A stretch of 64,000 nt of DNA from Podarcis melisellensis. Its lineage: Eukaryota. The stretch lies in assembly GCA_964234715.1 (NCBI GenBank), contig OZ174277.1; one strand, given 5' to 3'. Under the pieces are notes generated by a model. It ran no database searches. It had not been told where the DNA came from and saw only the letters and a program-made list of their open reading frames with translations. Made by a program: the position numbers and the translations under genes. Numbering within the stretch: position 1 is the first letter of the stretch; each line of letters begins with the position of its first letter. Of the stretch, positions 12,601 to 24,150 are shown in pieces.

Positions 12601-15600
12601 AAATGACTGAGAAGCTGCTGCCAGAGGCAGAATACCTTAGTCTGAAAAGAAGTATTATGCATTTTAAAATTCCAGAAAAAGAAATATGCATGTTAGCATC
12701 TCTGTATTTGGGATAGAGAGCTATCAAACTAGTAAAATACTTATTTTGCAAACTACAGAGGTGGTGTCAAATTAATGTACATAGTACACATACCTTACAA
12801 TGAGCTTCTAAAACAATGTTGAAGGTTCTGACAGCAAACAATATTGGAGACCCCAAACCGTGCTCAGCAAATGTCACACAGCCCCTCTTTTCAAAACTCT
12901 GCCCACACCAAAAGTTGATACAAACTTTGCTCCAGTTCAGAGACTGATAAGTAGTACATGGGCTTTTGCAGCCACAGAGTTCTCTGCCAATAAGGTGGGC
13001 ATTTATTTCAACAGAAGGGCTTAATTTGCCAGCACCAAGTTGAACAGAGATCTAGGCATCTGCAGGAGCTCAGTGTGCAAACGGATTGTATTCATCTAGT
13101 AAAAGGACTACCATGGAAGCACTGGCAGGGACTGCTTGGAATGGGCTCCACTGGAGACACTGACAACATACACAGCAGTCCAAAAGACCCCAGCTCATTC
13201 ATTTTAGCTCCAGGGCCTTCTTCTGGACTTAGATTGCAAACCACTCTAACCAACTGAGCTATCCAGGCTGACCCAATAGAATTATAATTGGGAGGGACTC
13301 CGAGGGCCATTCAGCTCAGTTGATTAAAGTGTGGTGGATGCCAAGGTTGCAGGTTCGATCCCCGTAAGGGACAGCTGTGTGCTCCGACATTGCAGGGGCT
13401 GGACTAGATGATCCTCAGGTTCCCTTCCAACTCTATGATTCTATGCAGCTGTCCCATACAGGGATTGAACCTTCAACCTTGTTTTTATCACTGCTCTTCT
13501 ACCTTCCATATTCTTTAGGGACCCAGGATTTAAAGAGTTCTCAAGCCTAATGTTCCCAGCCTCTCTTCAGGACTCTCCAAGATGAGGGCTGGTCAAAATT
13601 AGATTTTACCCTCTCCAAATCCTATTGTCACTACTCAATCCAATGTTTATGCTAAGTGGTGCTAACTGCAAAGAGAAGCTGTCCAATGATTTTAATATTG
13701 TTAAAAAGATAACCACAGACTATGAAATGCGTACATAGGAAGCTACCTTGTCTTATACCATCTGTCTCATAATTGTTTTTGTTACCTTTATTTAAAGCCT
13801 GTACAAATATAGAAGTACATGTTTTATCTGAGATTTTAAAAATGAAAGTGTGTTTAGTAAAAAAAAATGGTATGTCTTGTCTTTTAAACAATTTGATCCT
13901 CATGAAAATTTGCACAGCAGCACTAGCTGTGGGTCTGATCTAAAACAAATATGCCTGATCATAAAAACCAGCCAAAACCACATAACTGCAGAGTTAGAAG
14001 GTACCCCTAGGGTCATCTAGTCCACCCCCTGATTATTGTAAGGTTGTATAGACATACCTTTTCAATACTATAATACAGTCTAGCAATCTGACATTGGGAT
14101 ATAAAACATAATAACAACAAATTGTTTGGAGAAAAAAAGTATTTATGGCATTTAATATCCCTTTGGCTTGTGGATTAGATATATATTTGCTTAAAATGAA
14201 ATAAATTGTCCAAGGAAACACGTGATGTTTTAGAATCCATAATAAAGAGGCTTTAAACCTATTGAAAGTTGCTAGTCTTATTTACTATATACTATTTCCA
14301 TGCATTTCTTTCTTCTTGTGCTGAAGTATTTAAGCTGACATGACCTTCTACTGCTGATTTCTTATGCATGCAGTTCATTCCAAGTATGTATTATGCTGAT
14401 GCCTATATTTTATTTTCAGAGGTTAAATGAACCCTAGAGGGAAATTGTTCATTTGCTGCAATTTTTCTGTGCATATCAAGGCTTGTCTGCTCTTTAACTA
14501 CCGAGGAAAGAAAACCTTTGCAAACAAATCATAGCCTTGAAGGCAGAGAAGACGCAAGTAAGCATGCTAATATCCCCTCCCCCTCCGGTGATCACTTGTA
14601 GTCTGAAAATGCTACCGCTGCCAGCTTTTTAAGGCCTTGATTTATATAAAGACAGAAAGGATAGCACAAGGAAAAAAACAAAGCGTCAGAGGATAGCCCA
14701 GCACCTGTTTTTCTCCACCCGAGTTTCCAAACGTTTGACGGAAGCCATTCTGAATAACATTTGAGATCCCTTCCATGCTGAACCGCTATAGGGAGCAAGA
14801 ACATGGCAGGAGGGAAAAGGGAAGGGAGAACAGAAAAATTTAAAAGCTATTAGTTAGGATTTACTAAAGATGCAAGCAAGGTAAATGACAGAGACAAGCT
14901 GTTAGGAATGAATAAATGCAACTGCAGTTTAAGCGGAGAAAAACTTACTTTTTCAATATTTAGTTCTTTAGCAAAAGAAAACTATAGAATTTAGAAATAG
15001 GACCATCAGTACAGTTTTATAAATACAGGCCTGATACCAAAGTGTTTTCTACATGAATTATGTGAGATGCTAAATGTCATAAAACAGACTTGTTTGCAGC
15101 CACAGCCTAAATCTTCAGACACCTGATGTTTGCCCACCTGTCAAACTAACCTGTGGACGGTTCACTCTGGCTGGATCCAGTTCCTCACCCTTGCTATAGT
15201 AGCTAGCCTTTCACTTTATTCACACCAACCATTAAATTAATATGCAACATGTAGACTAAAGAAGAACACTTAAAACCTAAGATATTAAAAAACTTATACT
15301 TAGTTGTCCCAATGGGCATGTCATGTGTAAAAACAAGTCCCACTGGTAAGTCACCTTCTTGACTGGATCCCTTGCATTTAAAAGGGTGCTGTGTGTATAG
15401 CACATGGGAATGTACATGGGGAGATTGGCACTGGGTAAGGTCTGCATGTGTATCCCCTAACATGGTTTGATGCCAGTGGCAGTCACGTGTTTGTATTCTA
15501 CCTTTCTCTGTTCTGACCTCCCCACTGACACCAAAAGGTAATTAATGATTGCAACGTGAATAAAACCAAACATCTGCTTTGACTGCTTTGAATGCAAGGC

Positions 15601-18600
15601 GCTTTCTCACGCAGCCCAAAAATGTGCAGGTGCACAGGGACTATTGATTTTGGTTAACACATCAGCTTAGTTTCTATTTTACGACCCACAGGTGGGGAAA
15701 CTCAGGCTTGGGGGCCAAATGCAGCCCTCCAGGTCTCTCTGTTTGGCACCTGGCACTTTCCCTAAGCCACACCACTCACTGGCCCTGCTTTGCACTCCAT
15801 GTGTTTTTTGCCTGGCTGAAATGTGCACTTGAGCACTAATAATACCTCCTGCTTGTCCTAATGGAGGATAGAGAGGGGTATGCAAATGTGATTAAAAACT
15901 AGCTTACTATACAAATATAACATTTATATTAATAGTTTCACCTCCAGCTCCACCCTCTAATGGAATGTGGCCCTCAGGCTGAAAAAGCCCCCCCCCCAAT
16001 TCCAAACCCAATTGTTTAGTATACCAGATGTTTTTCATCTCGTACAGATTTTTAGTTCCAGCATCATTTGCAGAGACTGCAGCTGGAAATCCTTCCAATG
16101 CAAAGAGCACCCCTCTCAAAACTACTGTTGCCTCGGCTGAGAAGCAGAAAGAGGAGTTGCATACCAACAGATCTTTTTCCTACAAAGAGCAGCATAAAGA
16201 GGTTGCAAAAGGGAGGGTAGCATTTAGGAGCAGCTCATGGCTGTCCTCCTGCATCTCCTCAAGCACCTCTCAAAGATAAGCAGGCCACAAGGCCCTGCGC
16301 AATGCCAGAGCCTCTCTCATCCTTTGTACCACTTGCGATTAGGGCCACTTTTTGAACTTAAGATACCGTACTCAAGTAAAAAGACATGCAGATTGCATCA
16401 CACGTAAATGGTACACATGATACATGTGAAAAAAGGCAGCGAAAAAGACTGTGCCTCGGACGCATCACCAGGGTTCAACTAGAAACTCCTTGGTGCTCTA
16501 GCACATGATGTTTGAGCATCTGTATACCTCTCTCTGGAGCAGATTGACCTTTAAAATGACAGTCACTTATGGTACATGTTCCTATTCCTCCTAAAATTAA
16601 CAAAGCTTATGACTAACCAATCTCCTGGCCAATGCAGAGTCTATTAATGCTGTTATTTATGCATTTACTATTAAAAATGCTCTGTCCTTTTTATGGCAAG
16701 ATTATTTATACATGAAGTCCTTCATAAATATCTTTCATTCAGGACTTACTCCCTAGCTTTTTTTAATTTTTAAATGAAGGTATAATGCCTCAAGGCAAAG
16801 CTTACTAGACACTATAGCGCAATCCTACTAAGCACAGATCTTACTAAAATCTGTGGCAGGATCTTTCTGGTCCCCCAAAGTCCCTGACATTAAGAGGATG
16901 CGCTGTATGTGGTAAGTACTCCCGCATCTTTAAGTCATAGTGTACCTGGAAAAGGGTTTTGAGGGGCCTCTACATGCTGATGACAACACTGGCAAAATAA
17001 CGTGTGATCCCTGAGCAACTGGAGGAGGCGGAGGCTTGAGCAGGACATAGAAGACATACAGAATTGAGAAAAAAAGAAGGCTAATGAAAGGAGATGGGGT
17101 ATGTGGAAAACTTTATATGACAAAGGGTATGTATGCTATTGCAATGACAGTTACTGAAATCTGTCCAACAGTTCTGCATCCTTGTGCACAACTTAACTTC
17201 TATTCCATTTCTGTAATCACTCTAATGAAAAATGACTACCAAGACCTCTGTACTTCGGATTTCTAGATTTTAGACTGAAAGGTTTCCATCATTTTCTGAA
17301 TTTCCAGGGCAGTATCATTCCTCTTTACTCCTTACAAGTTGCTCAAGCAGGTAAAACAAAGCATGTACAGTACGCATTCCCTAGAACATAGTTAAGTGCA
17401 GTGTTTAGCCATAAGGAGTACAACTTCTCAAAGTATTTGACTAAATTGTTGTACTATTGTACTATGTTGAATAGAGCCCACTGTAAATGTGTAACTGTTA
17501 CAGTTTGATGAAGTCATGGTTGCCAATCAGAAGCTATGAGATTCCCCAATAATGGCAACCAGAAAGACAGGAGCTGTATATACTTTAAGAAGTAAGACGT
17601 AGATAGAAAGTGATCAACCAGAGTTAAAATTCTAATTTGGTTTATATCTACAGACACAAAGGACAATGTTCTTACTGTTCCAGGCATATGACTCCTCTCT
17701 TGTTTGCCATTCTGAGGACTGCCATTTTTCAGTTTCTTTTTCTTCTTTGCCATTTCCTTCTGTTCTCTTTGTTTGTTTTGTACTTCAATAAGGACAGAGA
17801 TGAAGCTGTTCTTTACTTCCTTCTCAAATTCCAGCTCATCTCGTAGTGCCAACTGCTGCACTAGCTCCTCAGAGTAGTCCTTGATGGCGGTCTCAATCTC
17901 TTCTAACAGATCATTTAATTCTGTCACAGATAGATTTTTCACACCTGTTTTCCAAACAGAACAAAAAATTAGGTTGCGTATAATAATGCATATCAAAAGC
18001 AGCATAAATCCAATACTTTGCTCCTAACAAATGCACCCAAAGAGCAACAGCTGCCCAATCTATGAACTTATGATGAAACACTCTTCTGCAACTGCAACTC
18101 ACTTCTCATGTGATTGTGCATATCAGGGGTGGACAAGCTATCACCTTCCAAGTGCTGTTGGACTACCTGCATCATCCCGGACTATTGACCAGAAGAATTG
18201 AAATGCTATTTTCAAGAGGTGTCACCAGTTTTAAGGAAAAACGTGCACATCTGTCCTACTCAATAGTTGCTTATAGGAGGAGAAAGCCTCCTATCAGGAT
18301 GGGGCAGAAAAATGTTTAGTTATCCTGGATAACTAAAATTCCTCAAGACTGTACTTCTCCAGAGAATTACAGACATGTGCACCACCGAATACAGTCTGCT
18401 TCCACTTCCACTTGGCCTTATCTGTGGACAACATGACAGCGAAACTACTAAGAGAAAGATAGGCAAACATAATAAATTGAAACATGGTAAATCAGGTGTT
18501 CATCATTCTATACTGGAAAATACTTGGGGGGGGATATCACTTTTGGGTATATGAGGCAAACTTCTGTATGTTACACAAACTGGTATTTGGTTTAAAAAGT

Positions 18601-21600
18601 TTTCTTATAATATTTATTATATCCAGATGGAAATCAGGGCCATGCAGGCATTAGCCTTTACAGACAAAACCCTGTTATGTGAAGATGACACTGGGGCATA
18701 AAGGTCTTCAGAAGAATCCCAGCTCATTGCAAACTATTCCATAATCAGGCAAGTTCCAAAAAAAGCAAAAAGAATCCTGACAAAATGCAGGAAAGTGTTC
18801 TGGAAAATGTTTTATTTTGACGGATCAGAAACATAGGACTTACTGTTCTGCCCTCTTCCGACAAATCATGCAATCAAGGCATCTAATGAAAATCATGCCT
18901 AACTGTGTGTATAGAAGTGAAATGCTCTTTCAAACATTGAACAGTTTGTAAGAAGAGGAAATCAAATCCAAAATACAGCAGAAGGATTCCTTACGTTCTT
19001 CATAATTGTGGTTTGTACTAGATCTCTTAAGCGTTTGAATTTCCTGGGACAGTAAGGACAGGCGGTCTGACTGGGTTGGTGTTTCTTCATCATCTGGATC
19101 TGGAGATTCCTGCATCATTTCCTCTATTTCTTCAATCACCTTTCAAAGTAAACACACAAACACAGAGTTATGGAAAATCAAAGACACAACGTAACATTCA
19201 GGGCTGATTTTCAAAACTTAACAGTAACTTTCTAAGCATTTTCCTTCAATATAAAATATTGTCATATGGGGCAAATCTTCTCCTGATATTTCATTTGTGT
19301 CTTTTTATGAGAAGGAAGCATACCTATAAATCCAAACAAAATTACAATATGATAGCAAAGGCTGGACTTTGGGTTACATTCCTGCATTCCTATAGTTTGT
19401 CTCCAAGTGTATTTAGTATTTCTTCCATTAGAGAGATAAGAAGCTTAATAACAGGGTGCTGTTATCAAAGCTGCATGGGTGCTTTCCGTTCTTTACCTGC
19501 TCAGCTGTGAAGAGCGGTTCTTCATTGATGCAGGAAACTATAATAGAATGCATGTCTAGTTGCTCTCTCAACTCTTCATCATCTGATAAGTCAAGGTTCA
19601 TGTTGTCATTAACCTAAATAACAAAAAGAAGAGTAAGAAAATTATTATTAAAAGCATCAAGACATTATGTGCCAAATCCCAACTATTGTTTTTGGATCCT
19701 AAATCCTTCCAAGAAATATGTTATCATTTTAAACCAAAGGCAATCCTAAACCCACTGACCTCAGAGCCCCACAACTCCATGGAACTTACTTTTCAGTAAA
19801 CATGCATAGGATTGCACTGCTAAGCAGTGGAAACAAAACAACTAGGTCAGAACTTTTGCCCAAAATTAGAGGCAAAAATGCTTTTAGCTGTAACCAAAGA
19901 AGTCATTTTATGATTTGGACATACACTAAATAAGGTACGGTTTATGTGCATGGGCACATACATGGTTCAGTATTTTAATACGTTGTAAGTCACTTTAAGA
20001 TTTTTCGGAAAAGCGATGAACAAATATAAACAAGCAGCTTAAACAGAACTTACATAACATTGCACAAAAGTCTGCACACAACTGCTACTATAAGAGTGAA
20101 AGAAATGTTAAATATTATTACTTTAATTTATTACCCACTGTTCAGCCGCAGTCACAAAAAATAGGGTGGGTGCTGAAAATATACAAGTGTCCAAAGGCCA
20201 AGGCAAAGAGGTAAATACGTCGACTCTCATTTCTAATAGAAATTTGGCAGATATATATTTTTAAGAAGCAGCCTCAAGATGGAAACAGAAAGCTGAGAAT
20301 TTTATGTCAAAAGTTCCTTCATTTGACAAATGGTGCAACAACATTGTGGTTATGTGCCACAGCAGCAAGCATTCAAGAGAAAGCTGTTCAGAAAGTATTG
20401 CAGTATTGTGTACTTACTCCCTTTTCAGAAAGATTCAGTGTTGGCAAATGCAGTGCTCTGGTGTGTGAAGACTTCCAGTCAACTGGCATTACATTACCAT
20501 AATTATCTGTCAGAGCATTCCAAATCCTGAGGAGGGAAAATAAATTATATTTTAGCCTTCAAGCTATACAGCAACTACTATATTAAATCTGACAAATATA
20601 CTGAGCAACACTGTGGTTTTAAAAATGCATTAACCAGGTGAATCCCACAGTGGTTCCAAAATCAAACATTTTGGAACTACATACATAACAATAAAAATGA
20701 ATCTCTCAACTAAGATGGGATGGCCCTAACCCATCCTTATTTGTGTGCAATAAGCTGTGGCCCAGATGGTAATACTCATTCCTACCCCCCACCCTTAGGT
20801 AAATAAAAAGCTATATCCAGCCAGTTCAATGGGACCCAGATGGATTTCATGATACACATTTGTAATGCCTATGTGTTCATGGAAGTATAATTGCTTCTGC
20901 ATGTGGATTTCCCTTGCTGGGATGGAGTGAATACTTTTAAGGTAATAACATACAGTGAGGAGGGGAAAGTATTTGATCCCCTGCTAAATTTGCCTGTTTG
21001 CCCTCTGACGAAGAAATGACCAGGCCATAATTTTAATGATAGGTTTATTGTAGCTGTGAGAGACAGAAGAACAACAACAGCAAAACCCCCAGAAACCCAG
21101 AAGACAAAAGTCAGAGATTAATGTGCATTATAATGAATGAAATAAGTATTTGATCCCTTTGCAAAAGATGAATTAGTACTTTGTGGCAAAACCCTTGTTG
21201 GCAATTACAGATGTCAGATGTTTCTTGTAGGTGGCCACCAGGTTTGCACACATCTCAGGAGGTATTTTGTCCCACTCCTTTTTGCAGATCCTCTCCAACT
21301 CCCGTCCATCGTCCCTTCGATGCGGTGAAGGTGTCCTGTCCCCTTAACACCCCCAAAGCATAATATATCCCCCTCCATGTTTGACGGTGGGGATGGTGTT
21401 CTTGGGGTCGTAGGCAGCATTCCTCCTCCTCAACACAGTGAGTTGAGCTGATGTCAAAGAGCTCGATTTTGGTCTTATCTGACCACAACACTTTCACCCA
21501 GTTCTCCTCTGGGTCATTCAGATGTGCATTGGCAAACTGCAGACGGGCCTGTAAATGTGCTGTCTTGAGCAAGGGGACCTTGCAGATTCTGCAAGATATC

Positions 21601-23776
21601 AGTCCTTCACGGCGTAGTGTGTTACCAACTGTTTTCATGGTGACTATGATCCCAGCTGCCCTGCGATCATTGACAAGTTTCCCCTGTATAGTTCTGGACT
21701 GCTCTGCTTCCTCACCGTTCCCCTGATCATTGCAGCTCCACGAGATGAGATCTCGCATGAAGCCCCAGACCAAGGGAGGTTGATAGTTATTTTGTGTTTC
21801 TTTCATTTGCGAATTATTGCACCAACTGTTGTCACCTTCTCACCAAGCTGCTTGGCAATAGTCTTATAGCCCAGTCCAGCCTTGGGCAGGTCTACAATCT
21901 TGCCCCTGACATCCTTGGACAGCTCTTTGGTCTTGGTCATGGTGGCTACTTTGGAATCTACTAGATTGCTTCTGTCGACAGGTGACTTTTGTACAGGTAC
22001 TGCAACGAGCTGGGATTACAGGTAAGACGTCTCCCTTACAGCAGGTGCTTCTAATCTTAGCTCGTTACATACAGTGAAGATACCAGGTAGCCTGGCATCT
22101 GGCTGGTTGATAGGGGATCGAATACTTATTTCGCTCATTACAATGCACATCAATCTCTGACTTTTGTCTTCTGGGTTCCTGGGGGTTTTGCTGTTGTTCT
22201 TCTGTCTCTCACAGCTACAATAAACCTACCATTAAAATTATGGACTGGTCATTTCTTTGTCAGAGGGCAAATGGGCAAATTTAGCAGATCAAATACTTCC
22301 CCCCCCCGCCACTGTAGATACGTGAATAACAGCAGCAATTAGTTTTGCATGCGCAGAGGCAAGAATCTAACAATTGTCTTGCTCGGTTACACTGTATCTA
22401 GCCTGGTACTCTTGTCTGTAACAGTGGTCAAATCATATTTCTCTGGGAAGCTCACCAGCAAGTCAGCAACACAAATAGCTGACATGTTTTTTGTCTCCAG
22501 TAACTGGACTGTGTTGTCTGGGTTCACAGGGCTCTGAAGAATATTCCTCAAAGACTAATTACTTTTGGGGAAACCCAGAGAAAAAGTGTTTATAAAGAGA
22601 GAATCTAATTGGAGAGGATTAACTGTACTGGAGAACAAATCAGAGCAGATGACAAACTTGTGCTTGCTAAGAAGCAAACAACATAAAAAGACAAACTCAA
22701 AGTTCCACAGACTTTAAAGAGAAACCTCTAGTGAGCAAGAGGTTTTAAGAACACTGACAAGTGGATTCTCAAATATTATGGTTTAGAAGCAACAAATCAT
22801 GTCTGTGTATGGAAGCTTCCCATGCCTGAGGCTGCAATCTTTTGACCAGGAATAAGCCCCATTGAATGCAGCGAATAAACATGCAGAGCCAACACGTCTT
22901 CTGGGCCTGGACGGTTTTGTAAAGGGCCTCTCCTGAAATAAATCAAAGGGCAGTTTTCTGCGCACAGATAGTTCTCCTTCCACCAGAGAGAGAAGTCCCC
23001 GCTCTAAACTGGAAGCCGGTTCTGGGGGACTAGAAAAAGGCTTGCCTGCGTGGCCAAGTCCTGACGTACTAAAGAAGCTTGGAAGGGTCATCTAGTCCAA
23101 CCCTAGTCCAAGCTGGCACGATACCTACAGGAAACCGCTCTGAGCTTCCGAGCATCCCCCCCTCACGAGCAAAAGGCCGAGCTCGCCGAACGATGCCCAA
23201 GCAACCCTAGTGTTGCATTCCGACGTCTTCCTCAAGGGCCTCGGGGACCGCGCAGTGCTGGGGAATGCAGAGGGCGGAGCAGCTCCCTCCCGCCTCCTCG
23301 AGGGGGCGATTCTGCGCTCCCAGCAGCCCCTTCATCCCCAACCGCCAGCTCTTCGCGGGGAGAAGCCTCTCAGGGCCGACGCTGCCCCATGGCCTTAATA
23401 TCTGCCCCCCAAACTATGCACCCGTCCCGAAAAGGCCACGCCGGCCTGGGGGGCGGGCCCGTCATGCCCCCCCGCCCCCCGGAAGGGTCCCCGGCCCGGC
23501 CACTCACTCGTCTTCGTGCAGGGCGCTCTGGTCGCTGAGAGGCCGCGGCGGGACCCGCGCTTCCCCTTCGGCGCAGCTCGGCGGCGCCTGGAAGCAGAGC
23601 GGGAGCTGGGCCGCCAGGTCGTTGCCTCCTCCGCCGCCGCCGCCCCAAGAGCCGCCTTCCCGATACGCCGCCGGGGCCTCCGGGCAGCCGCTCTCCTCGG
23701 CCGGGGGCTGGAAGCCCGAGAAGTCCTGCCAGTCCCCGGCAGGGTCCCGTTGCGAGGCCGCCGCCGCCGCCGCCAT
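6597..23776 (-). CDS. FEZ2: FEZ2 (fasciculation and elongation protein zeta 2, UNC-76 family), complete gene; join(23508-23776, 20418-20526, 19497-19613, 18995-19139, 17676-17944, [14705-14785], 10783-10858, 9189-9254, 6597-6613); 382 aa with the cassette exon, 355 aa without
   Basis: Hand-spliced exons give [19 protein letters not shown]...[18 protein letters not shown]...[15 protein letters not shown]...[14 protein letters not shown]...[24 protein letters not shown]...[11 protein letters not shown]...[17 protein letters not shown], recognisable as FEZ2. All introns are GT..AG with matching phases. Confidence 0.97.
9189..9254 (-). CDS. FEZ2: FEZ2 penultimate coding exon ([22 protein letters not shown])
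   Basis: ttacag|TT CTT CAT...; donor G|gtgagc; 66 nt, phase 1/1. Confidence 0.97.
10783..10858 (-). CDS. FEZ2: FEZ2 coding exon ([25 protein letters not shown])
   Basis: ggcag|TAC CTG ACA...; donor A|gtaagt; 76 nt. Confidence 0.97.
12407..12540 (-). mobile_element. tRNA(Lys)-like SINE with CR1 tail
   Basis: Minus head atagctcagtcagtagagcatgagactcttaatctc; tail gggttgggctagat...gtgattctgtg. Confidence 0.75.
13241..13490. mobile_element. Cluster of the same tRNA/CR1-tail SINE: a plus-strand copy (~13311-13445) flanked by minus-strand pieces
   Basis: Plus copy: agctcagttgatta...ggttcgatcccc (B box)...ccttccaactctatgattctatg. Minus head at 13241-13269, minus tail at 13276-13310, minus body at 13443-13490. 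Confidence 0.8.
14705..14785 (-). CDS. FEZ2: FEZ2 81-nt cassette exon ([27 protein letters not shown])
   Basis: Long pyrimidine tract then tatag|; frame-preserving (phase 0/0); weak donor CAG|gtgctg. The peptide matches the FEZ1/long-FEZ2 RFSMEGISN segment. Confidence 0.92.
17676..17944 (-). CDS. FEZ2: FEZ2 coding exon 5 (coiled coil and lysine-rich segment)
   Basis: aacag|GT GTG AAA...; [47 protein letters not shown]...KKKKKLKNG...HMPGT|gtaag. Confidence 0.97.
18995..19139 (-). CDS. FEZ2: FEZ2 coding exon 4
   Basis: [48 protein letters not shown]; donor C|gtaagg; matches ORF 18930..19139. Confidence 0.97.
19497..19613 (-). CDS. FEZ2: FEZ2 coding exon 3
   Basis: tttag|[39 protein letters not shown]|gtaaag; 117 nt, phase 0/0. 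Confidence 0.97.
19740..19815. repeat. Short imperfect palindromic dispersed repeat (related copies near 580-760, 12380-12600, 43890-43990, 48650-48730)
   Basis: gcaatccta...taggattgc inverted ends with an acttact...agtaaacatg core recurring across the window. Confidence 0.55.
20418..20526 (-). CDS. FEZ2: FEZ2 coding exon 2
   Basis: cctcag|G ATT TGG...; [36 protein letters not shown]; donor GGA|gtaagt. Confidence 0.97.
20953..22314 (-). mobile_element. Tc1-family DNA transposon, IR/DR type, non-functional (internal deletion), in FEZ2 intron 1
   Basis: TA|CAGTG...CACTG|TA ends; ~200-bp terminal inverted repeats, each containing two copies of an aagtatttgatcc-like direct repeat. Transposase remnant 21940 to 21173: [18 protein letters not shown]...[13 protein letters not shown]...[31 protein letters not shown]...NKGFATKY*, with stops and frameshifts. 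Confidence 0.95.
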
Positions 23777-24150
23777 GGCCGACGACGCAGCGACTGAGAG
23801 GAGAGAGGCCGGCCGGGCCCGGCCTGCGCGTGCCCGCCGCCTCGCCTCCGCCCCGCCGCTCCGCAGCGCGCGCTCCCGGTTTGCCCGGGCGGAGGGGCGC
23901 CCCGTTAAGGAGGGAGGCCGCCCATCGCTCGCACCGAAACCGAGATCTTGGCCTCTTGGTTTGGGAAGCTTCGCAATAGGCAGTTGGGTGACTCGGAAGC
24001 CAGCCCTGCATTGTTGAGCGGGGCTTTGCTCCCTAAGTTTATTTATCAACTCTCCTCTAGAATGTGCAGCCTCTTTGAATTTAAGAGCTAGCCAAGTGCC
24101 GTAGTAAACCACACCTGTGCCCGGTGCGAACCGTATCCCGCCCCCATTGC
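23150..24150. promoter_or_regulatory. CpG island / GC-rich promoter of FEZ2
   Basis: Abrupt rise in GC and CpG density around exon 1, with GC boxes (ccgccc) upstream of the ATG; the surrounding DNA is CpG-depleted. Confidence 0.88.
23508..23776 (-). CDS. FEZ2: FEZ2 coding exon 1
   Basis: ATG in gccATGG Kozak context at 23776; encodes the GDWQDF motif; ends GA|gtgagt (phase 2); lies in a CpG island. Confidence 0.92.

Noticed and set aside
12490-13370. tRNA-like A/B box sequences (also at 44590-44638 and 31180-31235)
   Set aside because: They are SINE heads joined to non-tRNA bodies and tails, with no intact cloverleaf; not tRNA genes.
16170-16375. Minus-strand peptides [14 protein letters not shown] and SSKSGP, faintly echoing FEZ2's own AMKEDSEK and KKSGPP exons (possible duplicated exons)
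   Set aside because: The similarity is very short, the only acceptors are weak GAG sites and the frames close quickly; most likely chance.
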